Notes: generated by a model not told the origin, from the letters alone. A DNA stretch of 64,000 nt from Octopus sinensis (GCF_006345805.1 NC_043002.1:116560001-116624000), one strand, 5' to 3'. Positions 50,726 to 64,000 are shown, counted from the stretch's first letter. A program made the numbers and translations.

Positions 50726-51098
50726 CACACACATAGACACGCAAACATATACATATATGACAGTGACAAACACAAACGTTTCAAACAACTACATACAAAC
50801 ACTCAAACACACACACACACGTGTGTATTTGTTATTAGTAAAAAAGGCGCCAAACACAATTCACTTTCTCATTCGAACACATTTGCAAACACACACCAAC
50901 AATTCACTGACATATGGTGAGTAGATGCTATTGTTCTATATTTTATAAATTAAAATTGGTTTTTAATTTACTTTCTGTCGCTAAGTTTTGGTAGTATTAA
51001 TTTGCGAGCGTACTTCAGTTGGCAATTGTTGAAAGAAAGAAATTGTAAGCTTAGAAGGTGTGTGTGTGTGTGTGTGTGTGCGTGCGTGTGTGTATGTA

Positions 51099-51144
<46 letters not shown>

Positions 51145-51171
51145 TGTATTAATGTGTGTGTGTTATCTTTC

Positions 51172-51549
51172 TCTATATAAAGCTGAAGTTGTCTGTGTGC
51201 GGCAGGTTTGGTAGCCTTCAACTAACACTATCTTCTCCGAGACCCTGCGGCGCAAGTTGACCAAAATTGAGAGTATGAAAGAAGGGTTGCTCTTCCTTCC
51301 GTACAAGATAAAATTCAAATCGGACCATGTTAACACTAAAAATTATTTACATCAAAAAGGTGCTTTTTTCTATGAAAATCCCTATTCTTTACGATTTTTT
51401 CACTGCTGTGTCGCCATTTTTGGCTGTATTTCAATCAGAAAAATGTTCACTTGAAGAGAATAACAAGCTACATAATGCAAAATTTGTACTTTTCAAAAAT
51501 TCCAATTCCAGCGGGTCGAAACAAACCCGAGCAACGCCGGGCGATACTG

Positions 51550-51552
<3 letters not shown>
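51172..51552 (+). mobile_element. Non-autonomous Helitron-like element
   Basis: 5' TCTATATAAAG, 3' hairpin cccgagcaacgccggg (51526-51541) followed by ..ctgcta(t), a CTAG-like end. Confidence 0.6.
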
Positions 51553-51605
<53 letters not shown>

Positions 51606-51661
51606 TTTTATTCACACACACAAATATATATATATATATATATACATATACACACACACAC

Positions 51662-51744
<83 letters not shown>

Positions 51745-51815
51745 GGTGGTGCTCCAGCATGGCCACAGTTCGTGAGCTGAAACTAGTACAATTCATACAT
51801 TTTATTATTATTATT

Positions 51816-52736
51816 GAGTGAGAGAGCAGTGCATGTCATCAAAGTGACGCTGAGGTAAAATATATAAAGCCCAGTATACCCTTCATGAATACCCGTCTGA
51901 TGATGGTACACCAGTCACATGCATCACAACCATATGTGCGTGACATAATGTTCTCATACCAAGATAAGCAGCGCATGGGCTCGCAGGTGGAGCCCAGTTA
52001 GAATTTTCTTCAGGTCGCGTAGCCCATCCCGTTCAAAGGGTCCCTGAATAAGGATTGTTTAATGATGATGAACAAAGCACTCATGTATTAAAAGTGAATT
52101 ATCCAAACCCCAAAGAATTCCGCTCAACACATGGTTATGATGCTCCCCCTATTATTATTGTTAATATTATTATTATTGAGTGAGAGAGTAGTGCATGTCA
52201 CCAAAGTAACACTGGGGTAAAATATACGAAGCCCAGTATACCCATCATATCTACCCGCCTGATAAGTGTACACCAGACACATGCATTACAACCATATGTG
52301 CGCGATATGGTGATCTCATATGATAAACTGCGCATGACCTTGCTGGTGAGGCCCAGTTAGGATTTTCTTCTGATCGAGTAGCCTATGCTACTCAAAAGGT
52401 CCCTGAAGAAGAGTTGTTTAAGGATGTTGAACGAAATACCCATGTTTGCAGAGGTGAATTATTCAAACCCCAAAGAATCCCTCTCAACACATGGCTATGA
52501 TGCCCCCCCCTCCACTACTTCTGCTCGTGATCAGAGACGCACATATCGTCAGCCACTAAGGGACATGCTCAACTGGTTAAGGTCAAACAACTGACAATCA
52601 AATCTGTGTTATTGAGCAGAATATTTGCTGTAGCCCATCTTTTATATCAAGACAAAACAATGTACATGATAACACTTCGAATCAGTTAAGATCAGAAGCC
52701 ACGAGATCCACTGCCTGGTACTGCATCAGGGCATTT
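51816..52736 (-). mobile_element. Two tandem family D copies (5'-truncated 51816-52149; full 52178-52736) in (ATT)n
   Basis: Reverse-complement matches to 44284-44841. Confidence 0.85.
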
Positions 52737-52768
52737 ATTATTATTATTATTATAATTATTATTATTAT

Positions 52769-53197
52769 TGGAAAATAATTGTTATCGCCATATTAATATG
52801 GCATTCTTATAGATATAAGAATAATCGCTGCCGCTGGTCAGCTCCATGAGGCCACCGCCTTAAGATAGCTAATTTTAATATTTCTATTATTGAAAACAAG
52901 TGGATGTATTCCACTGAAACTAGGTAAATAGAAACCTTCGAACAGAGACGTCAGTGGCGACACCTGCGGGGTCTGACTGCGCTACATTGACAAGGGGCAA
53001 TACCCCGAAACGCGTCTGTAGCTGTCGGACTAGCAGTGTGAAGCGGCTGACCTCCCTTGTTCGAAGGTTATAATGGATACAGATCGTGTATCAATAGCTA
53101 TCTTAAGGCGGTGGCCTCATGGAGCTGACCAGCGGCAGCGATTATTCTTATATCTATAAGAATGCCATATTAATATGGCGATAACAATTATTTTCCA
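52769..53197. repeat. Foldback with identical 103-bp arms (52769-52871 / 53095-53197) enclosing an HHR
   Basis: Arms are exact reverse complements; inner 12-bp IR aaccttcgaaca / tgttcgaaggtt. Confidence 0.93.
52981..53022 (+). ncRNA. Minimal type I HHR, U3-A8 variant, all stems perfect
   Basis: gctaca-TTGACAA-ggggcaatacccc-GAA-acgcgt-C-tgtagc. Confidence 0.85.
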
Positions 53198-53271
53198 GTA
53201 AACGCTGCCGTAATCTCTTTTATAGAGACTTAGTAATTTTAATATTTCTATTATTATTATTATTATTATTA

Positions 53272-53352
<81 letters not shown>

Positions 53353-53376
53353 GTTTATATAAATAATCTTATATAT

Positions 53377-53551
53377 GCGCAGGAGTGGCTGTGTGGTAAG
53401 TAGCTTGCTTACCAACCACATGGTTCTGGGTTCAGTCCCACTGCGTGGCATCTTGTCAAGTGTCTTCTGCTATAGCCTCGAGCCGACCAATGCCTTGTGA
53501 GTGGATTTGGTAGACGGAAACTGAAAGAAGCCTGTCGTATATATGTATATT

Positions 53552-53582
<31 letters not shown>

Positions 53583-53800
53583 ATGTTTGTGTGTCTGTGT
53601 TTGTCCCCCTAGCATTGCTTGACAACCGATGCTGGTGTGTTTAGGTCCCCGTAACTTAGCGGTTCGGCAAAGAGACCGATAGAATAAGTACTGGGCTTAC
53701 AAAGAATAAGTCCCGGGGTCGAGTTTCTCGATTAAAGGCGGTGCTCCAGCATGGCCGCAGTCAAATGACTGAAACAAGTAAAAGAGTAAAAGAGTAAAAA
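53377..53800 (+). mobile_element. Full-length tRNA-derived SINE family A (reference copy)
   Basis: A-box-like tggctgtgtggt, B-box-like gggttcagtccc, central TA/TG tract, tail gcggtgctccagcatggccgcagtcaaatgactgaaacaagt(aaaagagt)n. Confidence 0.92.
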
Positions 53801-53859
53801 CAGTATGCATATATATATGTGCATATATATATATATATATATATAATATATATATATAT

Positions 53860-54400
53860 ATTATATAAAAGGGCTTAGTAAAATAAATTACTTTGCCGCA
53901 TACTGAACTCATTAGAAATAGCAGCTAAAAAAAACTTTTTTTAAACTATTTCTAATACTTAAAGAAAACCTCTCTCATATAGTGTTTGCTCAATTCAACT
54001 CACGAAAGTATTTGGGGTAGAGACATTAAAAAATCAAATGCAAAGGTTATTTGAGAACGTACGTTTCAAGATTAGTCAAACTCGACATTTCTATCATCAG
54101 CTCAGAACTCAGGGTATGCTCCCACTTTCAGTGTTTCCAAATCCAAACCAAGGAGTTCTGAGCTGATGATAGAAATGTCGAGTTTGACTAATCTTGAAAC
54201 GTACGTTCTCAAATAACCTTTGCATTTGATTTTTTAATGTCTCTACCCCCATACTTTCGTGAGTTGAATTGAGCAAACACTATATGAGAGAGGTTTTCTT
54301 TAAGTATTAGAATAGTTTTAAAAAAGTTTTTTTAGCTGCTATTTCTAATGAGTTCAGTATGCGGCAAAGTAATTTATTTTACTAAGCCCTTTTATATAAT
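53860..54400. repeat. Foldback with ~250-bp arms (53860-54110 / 54153-54400), 42-nt spacer; PLE pLTR-derived
   Basis: Arms are reverse complements apart from homopolymer-length changes and one or two substitutions. Confidence 0.93.
54159..54211 (+). ncRNA. Type I HHR motif; mirror copy on the - strand at 54052-54104
   Basis: tgag-CTGATGA-tagaaatgtcgagtttgactaatctt-GAA-acgtacgt-T-ctca; stem II aga/tct plus gtc/gac with an internal loop, palindromic stem III, GUU triplet. Confidence 0.65.
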
Positions 54401-54490
54401 GTAATAATTTGAATTCGCCTTAAATGGTCCCTTTGCATACTGAATACTTGGTGAAATTGATTAATTAATTAATTTTACCCTCAATTGTTG

Positions 54491-54581
<91 letters not shown>

Positions 54582-54595
54582 TGTATGTATGTATA

Positions 54596-54967
54596 CTCTT
54601 TTACTCTCTCTTTTACTTGTTTCAGTCATTTGACTGCGGCCATGCTGGAGCACCGCCTTTTAGTCGAGCAAATCGACCCCAGGACTTATTCTATCAGTGT
54701 CTTTTGCCGAACCGCTAAGTTACGGCGATGTAAACACACCAGCATCGGTTGTCAAGCGATGTTGGGGGGACAATCACAGACACACAAACACATACACATA
54801 CATATATATACATATATACGACGGGCTTCTACCAAATCCACTCACAAGGCTTCGGTCGGCTCGAGGCTATAGCAGAAGACACTTACCCAAGTTGCCACGC
54901 AGTGGGATTGACCCAGGAACCATGAGGTTTGTAAGCAAGCTACTTACCACACAGCCACTCCTGCGCC
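54596..54967 (-). mobile_element. Full-length SINE family A
   Basis: Reverse-complement match to 53377-53800. Confidence 0.9.
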
Positions 54968-54977
54968 TATATATATA

Positions 54978-55168
54978 TTTGAAAGTTACAGAAGACAAAA
55001 GACGAAGTCAGGTGTATAAACAACACACAGGTATATTAGTTTTACGCTCGGGAAAGTGAGAAAATCTCTTACGTTTCGAGCCTGCGCTCTTCAACAGAAA
55101 GGAATACGAGGAAATATACAGAGAGAGAATTTAAAAAAAAACATGTGAATTTAGCCATCAATCATGCC
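54978..55168 (-). mobile_element. Diverged solo PLE pLTR (13545 family) with A6U HHR-like motif at 55066-55101
   Basis: Reverse strand cttt-CTGTTGA-agagcgcaggctc-GAA-acgt-A-agag; flanks resemble 13545-13738. Confidence 0.7.
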
Positions 55169-55263
55169 GACTTATGTGTATGTATGTATATCTGCATGTA
55201 TGTATATATTATATATGAGAACGTTATTGCTCCACATCAATTATAATTGACTAATATAACACA

Positions 55264-55341
<78 letters not shown>

Positions 55342-55399
55342 AACTTTAATAAAAACGATTCAGCTTGAACATATCCTTTTCTAAGTCAAGAATTCATCT

Positions 55400-57800
55400 T
55401 TTGTGCATTAAATGTTCTTGTATACACTGCTGCAGTTACCATTAGCCAACAGATGTGTGTAATAGTGATCGATAACCATGAGAAAAAAGTACCTAAGATG
55501 GCTTAACTTTCTCTAAAGGAATATCGACCGACCGAGAAAGAATATTGCTTACTTAGAACTATGATTTAGTCTCAATTGAATAGCAAATTCATTAACTGCC
55601 AGTCGCGTCTTTACGATAGATTATCTGAAGTCTATGTACACTATCGACAAGAGACACTAACGAGCGAGTTAATTACGTTCATACACGAAATGAGAGGAGT
55701 AAGTGAAAAACTTTGTTTAAAGTCACTGGAACGTAAGGCCATTAGTAGCATCTTTGCATTAAACTTGAAAGCGGTATATTACAGATATAAAAGTATGAAA
55801 AGATACACAATTAAGGCTGTGAAGCTCGCTCTCAAGTATGACTGTTGTGGGTAAGGATCTGGAATGTATACAAACAACACAAGTGTAATGCAATGTGTTT
55901 AAATGAGGTATGGGACGATTAGTGTGCGGACGTCTTTCCTAAAACTTATAATCACTACTGGAAACATTGTACTGGTTGTTGCAAAACAACCTAAACACAT
56001 TGTCATGTGAGAGTGTCCTAAGAATTGGTTATTAATTCAGAAATCTTACGTTCGACAGGACAATCATTGCTGGCTTTAAAACGCTGAGCTTAATTTACCA
56101 GGTTGGTAGGCAGTTGAACATACAGCACTAGTAACTAAAAAAATAGATGTATGTGGTCAAATTCTACACGCCATAGCGCACCTCGATGTAATTTAAAAAT
56201 TATAGACAGGTGGCCTAAATGCATTCTTTGAGGGTTACTGCAAAACAGACTGTCGGAACTGATGGACAAACAAGAGGAATGTAATGTATTTGGGTCTGTG
56301 GCAAATAGCTTCTCATCAACAAAGATATCCTAAACGTGAAACAGCTTCTGCTGACTGTACGGCTTTACTATAAAACTTCTTAAGTCGATACCATTGAGAG
56401 ACTAACAACAACGTAGTTCACAGAAGCATCAATAAGGGTTAAAGCTACTATTATAGTGACTAACAGAATAAGTTTATCAACAGAAATATTCCAGGGTGAC
56501 AGCATACCTGCAATGCTTTCCACAGTCAGCTCCGTCAGGAAATGCAAAATTTATATGATAGAATTTGCAAATGAAAAAAAAAAATAATGTCACCCATGCT
56601 TTTTTCACAGGTTGTCTTAAGCAGTATTTGTGTAATATTCAATCACTAAGAGACAGAAATGATTACATTATCATTGGACAAGAAATCTAGTTTGATCTGG
56701 ATAAGTGTTCATATTTGGTGATCAAACAGCGAAATATTATCGACCAGGCAGTGAATATAGATAGCATTGGCCTCTTCATCTCCTTTCTCCAATGATGAAT
56801 GTTTCAAATACCTCAGAATTAACGAGTGTATTGTATTTGTTGACGTAATCAGTAAATCTAGAATGACAAAAGAACACTTTAGTCACCTTAAGAAGAGATG
56901 GAAATCAGTACTGTCTGCATTCAATAAAGCCACAATGCTTTGAATATATCCGCATATTGAGCATCAGAACAAGAAAGATACTAACAACGCCTGCTAACTT
57001 CCTCATCAACATTGACACTGACAGGTTCAATGTTAAACGAAGGGATGGAAGGAAAGGTATAAGTCTGAACGGCTTTTGAATGCCTCATCACATATACACT
57101 CAAGGGCGAAGATAATAACTACACGAAATTAAAGGATAACTCCTGAATAGGCATTTTTACCATTTGAACCAAGTGTGGCTGAACTAACCAATTTAATCAG
57201 AGATTTAGAGAAGAACGTTATCCTACCAGCTGAACGTTATGTATGGTGCATAACCTGCAAGTGAATGAATTCCTGTGATAAACGCATTAAATCTCGCCTT
57301 TGCTATACAAGAAAACGAGATATGAACTAAATACTTAATCGACATGTTGTGATAGAAAATGTCGATGAGCGGGAGATATTACCCCTATCAGCAGCAGCTG
57401 TCCAAAAATGTCCAAAAAAGGATTCTACCGTCCGATGAAATTTGTCATTGTCGCTAAAACAGTTCGCAATGTTATGCGCAAAAAGATTCCCTTGCAGGGC
57501 ATTCAAAAGGCATGCTTGGATCAGAATATATTCAAACCTTTAAAAATAAAGAATACCGGAGGAACTCTCCCACGAAAATAGATACCCACTCTAAATACCA
57601 CAGGTCACATATTTTCAACAGGAGGAGGAAGAAAATCGTGCAGTATTTTACAGATCAGTTACAGGCAGATATGAATGCTTCGTTAAAAGTTTGGGAAAGA
57701 GAGAACATTTATGGAGAACTAATATGAAATTTATAATTCACATATCTTGGCTATATATTTTCATTTGTACAAATTATCATAGGTGCACAAAGCTATGGAG
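55400..57800 (+). mobile_element. Heavily decayed R4/Dong-clade LINE
   Basis: Relic motifs LLINKDI, EIFQGDS, DTDRFNVKRRDGRKG, KENIYGELI. Confidence 0.65.
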
Positions 57801-58224
57801 CATATATTTGCATAAAAGCCTAGAAATGCTGGGTTTTATTAAATTGGTAAAGAATGATTATCAGTTATAGAATGTAGATTATGAAATCAAATTACATTGG
57901 CAAATCTTCCGAGATGCGTAGCTCTCATTCGTAACTTTACTGAATTAATAATAGTGTTGCCGTCACTGGTTCAACAACAACTGTGTTGAATTGGTTAAGA
58001 AATAAATTTATGTATTTCCTATTAGGAGGAGGAAAGCCTCATAAACAAAGAGAATGATTTCAGTGCTAACAAAGCATCTCAGAATAGACTTGTATAGACA
58101 AAACTATCGGGTTACAGAGAGCGCAGCATGGTGTTCCCATGATTAATCGCATAATTGTATTGTTATCCTGTTGATTATAGGCTACGCTTATAGAAGCAAG
58201 CTAGTACACACACATATACGCAAT

Positions 58225-58263
<39 letters not shown>

Positions 58264-58441
58264 ACACATATATATATATATACAACTACATACATATGGA
58301 TAATTATATACATCCTTACACACATGTACATTCTTATATACATACATATTTAGATACAGACATAAACTATACACCTAAAATTGATATTTACTCTCTGAAG
58401 AACATATTTACGAATATTTACGTATATTTACCCTTATTGTT

Positions 58442-58479
<38 letters not shown>

Positions 58480-58584
58480 ATATCGACACGTCTACACATA
58501 CAGGCATAAATATAAATTTATACCTCTAACAACACACGCATACATACAAACAGCTTTGTCTGTGTGTATGCGCGCGCGCGTGTA

Positions 58585-59190
58585 CGAGGTGCATTCCATA
58601 ATATTTGAGACGCATTATGCGAGGTAGTTATAAATGTCCTACATTATTGTAATTTTAGTACATCATTACTAAACACTTAATAAGCTGACCTGGCAACTTT
58701 TTTTATTCTAGATTGAAGGAGACGGCTATAACACCACTTGGAATACACCTTACTTAAACAGTGCATGTCACAGCTGACTAGTTTCTAGCATGCAGTTGGG
58801 ATGTGAAAACAATTCGGTTGCCTGATGTGCAATAAAGCGTTGTATTAAAGTGAGCAAATAATGCTATAGAACTTATGGAATGCTCCATACTGGTTGTGGA
58901 TAAGTTTGTACGAGCCGAGCATCTCACTGGTATAAGAAGTTCAAGTAGAGAGGTGGTGAGAAATAACGAGAGATTTGGGAGGAAGTGGGATGTCTGAACA
59001 GAGCTAGTCGAGAACATTCACAATTTTCTGGATGAGGAGTGTCGTGTGTCTATAAAAGACAATAAGCATAGTTTGGAGTTGGTGGGGCAACTATGCACAA
59101 AGGTATTCATAAAGACCTGAACATGCAAAGTCTGTTTCCAGTGTGTCCAATGACGAACAAGAGGAAAGACGCATTGGTAATGGTAGAAAA
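58585..59190 (+). mobile_element. 5' half of a decayed mariner
   Basis: TA-cgaggtgcattccataatatttgagac TIR-like start; fragments RCIKV..YGMLHTG, HWYKKFK, NDEQEERR. Confidence 0.65.
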
Positions 59191-59449
59191 AACACCCAGT
59201 TCGGTGAGTGTCGCCATCTCTAGAGAAACTCAGACGTCGATGTTTCGAGTATTTTGAACCCTTGTCAATGAGATGTACCTAAGAGAGGTACTAGAGCAAA
59301 TCAGTCAACTTGTTGACTAAATCTATATATAAAGCTATATAGTTTTATTAAGTTCGTTCAGAGTTATCTCATTGAGATGTGTAAAAAAACTTGAAGCATC
59401 GATGTGTGAGATTCCCGAGAGATGGCGACACAGAAAGGACTGGGTTTTT
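59188..59449. repeat. Diverged foldback, PLE pLTR-like
   Basis: cccagt..gtgtcgccatctc..catcgat..atgaga mirrored by tctcat..catcgatg..gagatggcgacac..actggg. Confidence 0.75.
59229..59272 (-). ncRNA. Minimal type I HHR, U3-A8 variant
   Basis: ctca-TTGACAA-gggttcaaaatactc-GAA-acatcgacgt-C-tgag; the copy in the other arm is degenerate. Confidence 0.65.
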
Positions 59450-59569
59450 CACACCTTTTAACCATAAGAGAGATTTATTTTTTCTTCATGGTAGCTGCAG
59501 TGTATTTGCCTTAAGCAGTTGTGACAAACATATTTCAACTAATCTAAATTTTCTGGTATAATATATATA

Positions 59570-59612
<43 letters not shown>

Positions 59613-59780
59613 TATATATATATATATGTAATATGAATATATATATATGTATATATTATATGTATATATATAAGTATATATGTATATATGTATGTACATA
59701 TATATGTATATATATGTATATAATATATATTACCTATACATATATATATGTATATATATTGTATATATGTATATATATAT

Positions 59781-59857
<77 letters not shown>

Positions 59858-59858
59858 T

Positions 59859-59898
<40 letters not shown>

Positions 59899-59935
59899 TC
59901 AAAAATTGTGAAGCATGACTGTCAACACTACTACA

Positions 59936-59980
59936 TGAACCTGAAGATTGCAGAATTCAATGCATGAAAGTACTAGTTCA
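59936..59980 (+). ncRNA. Minimal type I HHR, intact core
   Basis: tgaac-CTGAAGA-ttgcagaattcaatgcat-GAA-agtact-A-gttca; 5-bp stem I, stem II tgca/tgca, palindromic stem III. Confidence 0.8.
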
Positions 59981-60743
59981 ATCAGAATGAATATTTAACA
60001 TTCTACTATTTCATTTTATTTATTCAATTATAATATATTATCTTATAATATATCATTATAAGATTGTAAATAAAACGTGAAAATCAGACAAGGTTGGAAT
60101 TCTTTTTATTAATATTCTTCTATACACAATCACACACACCCATATATATATATTCTATATATATATATATATGTATATATAAACATACACACGCACGCAC
60201 ACACACACACATCCCATACACACACACGCACACACACACACACACACAACCCATAAGAGTAAAAAACAGAGACAGGCGGAAACAAGGAAAATGCCCCGTG
60301 TATTTGAATATCATGCAAATGTTCTTTTAAAAAACTTTTCATTTAACTTTTCCAAAATTTAATTGTTTTCCATATTTACAGTTAAAAAAGTCTCAATAAC
60401 TGAAACCGGTACTGAATTGTTTTTTATAAATTTATATTAGGTTTTTGTACTTTTACTTTTTTGACTTTTTTCCATATATATCAACTCGTGTGTTCCTTTT
60501 CAACCATCTTCATGTATATATATATATATATATACTTATAGACAGGTGGTGCATCGTGTTCTTAAGCAAAACAGTTTATCTCAGGTTGCTCTGCGATCCC
60601 TTGGACACTTGACGTAACGTATATTTGATGGAGGTCGGGAGCAGATGCACACCGCAGACTATACAGAGAACATTTGTGCTGGCTGTTCAGCAAGAAATTG
60701 CGGAATCTTCTTTATCAGACTCCGAGAGACAACCACCACCATT

Positions 60744-60779
<36 letters not shown>

Positions 60780-60856
60780 TATCTATTTATCTATCTCTCT
60801 ATGTATCTGTTCATATATGCTTCTGCACACAGTCACAGATCACATACACATACGCA

Positions 60857-60904
<48 letters not shown>

Positions 60905-60964
60905 CATACATACATACATATATATGCATGCGTGTGTGTGTGTGTGTGTGTGTATGTATATATA

Positions 60965-61008
<44 letters not shown>

Positions 61009-61105
61009 ATATGTGTATGTGTGTGTATATATATAATATGTATATAAATATATATGGTATGTGTGTATATATATATAATGTACACGACACAAACGCACTG
61101 ACACA

Positions 61106-61162
<57 letters not shown>

Positions 61163-61163
61163 T

Positions 61164-61341
61164 CCGTATTTTGATGTGTATAAGGAACCCTCCTTTGTCA
61201 AAGATTAGGTTAAAAAATTTGCGAGTTTCTTATACATGCATAGTATTAAAAAACTTTACAAAACCTTTTTCCCAAATGTTAAGTCCCCGAAATAAGGGAG
61301 TTCGTTATACAGGAGGGTTCTTTATATGCGTTAAAATACGG
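61164..61341. mobile_element. 178-bp MITE with ~31-bp TIRs (Tc1/pogo-type ends)
   Basis: ccgtattttgatgtgtataaggaaccctcct / aggagggttctttatatgcgttaaaatacgg, TA on the right. Confidence 0.75.
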
Positions 61342-61580
61342 TATATATATATGCACCAACATTACTTGTTTTAACTGCCATTATAGTTAGGAGCAGGCAT
61401 AAACAATCTCTTCACCCTCCTACCCTTAACCCAACAGACTATCGACAATGTGAAAGCTGGAGAGAGGGGAGGCTGCACCAGTAGTCGGGTGGTGCTAATT
61501 TTTATATCAGTGTATCAGAAATACGGAAACGAAGTTGCCTTGCATAACAGCACAGGGTGTCGCCAGACCAATAACGTCGT

Positions 61581-61622
<42 letters not shown>

Positions 61623-62023
61623 ATGTATATATGCATGATTGTATGTATGCATGCATCAGCAGTGTGTCGATACGTGCATGTATATATTCCTATATGTGTG
61701 TGTGTGTATACACATATACTTTCATATATATATATATATTGAGAGAGAGTGGAGGGAGAGAAATTGAGATAGATATATAGATACAAAGCTGTTGCCTCTA
61801 GCGTGAATGTAAGGCATGGATGGAGTGCATAAGATGCATTATCCTACACAAACCAAGCCACATCTTAATATATTTCATTTCTGCGAGAGACAGCTTCAAG
61901 GACGATGTATTGAGGCATTGACATGCATCACTTACTGTCGATTATGTAAGCGATTCTGTAGAGTCATGCTGGCTGCATGCGCGTACATATGCGCATACAT
62001 GTCACATGTATGCAGTCTATCTA

Positions 62024-62128
<105 letters not shown>

Positions 62129-62161
62129 GTCTATCTATCTGTTGTTATTATTACTATCATT

Positions 62162-62235
<74 letters not shown>

Positions 62236-62236
<1 letters not shown>

Positions 62237-62550
62237 GGCGGCGAGCTGGCAGAATCGTTAGCATACTGGGCAAAATGCTTAGCGACATTTCAACCGTCCA
62301 TGCGTTCTAAATTCAAATTCCACCGAGGTCGACATTGCCTTTCATCCTTTCGGGGTCGTTAAATTACGTATCTATGAAACTAGGATAGCAGCATTTCGTC
62401 TTACGATTTGAGTTCAAATTCTGCCAAGGTCGATTTTGCCTTCCATCTCCTTCCAGGGTCGATAAGATAAGTATCAGTTAAGTAATGGGGTCTATATAAT
62501 CGATTTAACCCATCTCCGAAACTTGCTGGCCTTGTGCCAAAATTCGAAAC
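62236..62550 (+). mobile_element. Two tandem SINE family B copies
   Basis: aggcggcgagctggcagaatcgttagc head..ttcaaattccaccgaggtcgac..ctttcatcctttcgggg; second copy starts at ~62385. Confidence 0.8.
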
Positions 62551-62923
62551 CATGATTATTATTATTATTATTATTATTGTTGTTGTTGTTGTTGTTGTTG
62601 TTTATTTATTTATTTATTTTGAAGTGCTGTAGCATGTAGTATATATGTATATATACGTAGGTTCTGCCATCCTTGAGATTTTCTTCTGTGGAAGATGTTT
62701 TATTTATTTTAATAGATTTGCCATGGATTCAGTCGGTATTTTGATATTTTGATATTTTTTGTTGTTGCTTATTTGTGTCATATAATCTGAGATTATCTGC
62801 ACGAGTTGATTATTTAAATAAGGGCATTCTATTGATATGTAGATAGATAAATAACTAGATAGATATATACATACATACGTACATACAAACATTTAGGTAT
62901 TTATGTGCGTGTATATATATACA

Positions 62924-62965
<42 letters not shown>

Positions 62966-63658
62966 GAAAGAGAGTGAGAGAGAGATTTGATGTTCTGTAT
63001 TTAATATATATGAGTATGTGTCTGTGCGTAAATATACGCAAATATTATATATATATATACATATACATACATACATACATACGTACATATATATATATAT
63101 ATGATACATGAAAGAAATTGTTGTATACCGTGCTGAGGTGCACTACAACTAGGAAAAAAATATATAAATACACCCATATATACACACATGCACGCAAGTA
63201 GATACATGTACCCACATAAATATACACACATGTGTTAATTATTTCAAGCAGCTTCTTACAAACACCACCTTACAAATTTTATGTATTTAAAATTTAATTG
63301 TGAGCTATTAAAAATTTGTAAGCTAATTTCAGTGTCTTTTAAACATGTGAAAGAAAAAGAAAGAAAAAATGGTGACTTCCCACTACTGGAATCTCTCCTT
63401 CAATCTCAGTCACACACAAGCCTCTTAAAAAATGTGATGGACAGAACAGGTGATTCCATTGGTTAATATAGTCCTACATACACAAGGTCGGAATGTGATC
63501 ACATAGTCATGGATGTAGTGTCTATGATCATAGCTGTATTCAATCAGAGTCGGCCTGTGGTTAAATAACAACAGCTGCATTTGCTTCTTTATTTGGCAGT
63601 TAAACTAAATTTAAATTGTAAGAAATAATTCCGAGATTTTCTGAAGGTAATAGAGGGT

Positions 63659-63723
<65 letters not shown>

Positions 63724-64000
63724 TATAATATCCGTTGGGTGCTCACATTTTTATTCTCTCTAATATATATGTGTTTCGCTCAGTTAAAAAATTAAAGATG
63801 AATATTTTCTTTATAATTAAATACAATTATTAAATTCAGCTGCGTTAAAGAAATATATTGAAGAAGGCAAATGAAAATTCATTTACATAAATGAAAAATA
63901 AATTAGAGAAAGCACGTGTGAGGTTTTTAAAAACACGTGGAGCAACTTATTGTAGCCGCTCCTCTTTATTCTATTGAATCAGAGACTTTGATATTCACGT

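Noticed and set aside
60379-60414. cag-TTAAAAA-agtctcaataact-GAA-accggt-A-ctg
   Set aside because: Stems fit but G5 is lost, so it is presumed inactive.

Overview
Eukaryotic, AT-rich DNA saturated with microsatellites and transposon relics. The SINE families and repeat landscape most resemble a coleoid cephalopod, probably Octopus; this is pattern recognition, not a database result. I cannot support any host protein-coding exon, and almost all ORF-track entries are translations of (TA)n, (CA)n, (GATA)n, (TACA)n or (AAT)n. The window holds decayed mariner/Tc1, pogo/Tigger and hAT transposons, Helitron-type non-autonomous elements, R4/Dong-clade and RTE-clade LINE fragments, Penelope-like elements (PLEs) and three tRNA-derived SINE families. 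The strongest signal is a dense set of minimal type I hammerhead ribozyme (HHR) motifs: 8 loci (10 motifs) with intact or near-intact cores, a 3-copy family with a fixed A6U core change, and several relics. Most lie in or inside long foldback (inverted-repeat) PLE remnants. They share palindromic stem III, U3-A8 covariation and a recurrent unpaired 10.1/11.1 position. Also notable: an ORF1-only Tx1/L1-like element with a zinc knuckle and a KOW-like C-terminus plus a homolog at the window edge, a PLE relic lacking its RT, a ~555-bp non-tRNA retroposon sitting in (AAT)n tracts, and a 25-nt exact copy of mariner sequence inside an unrelated insert. Coordinates of decayed elements are approximate; HHR and foldback coordinates were counted by hand.
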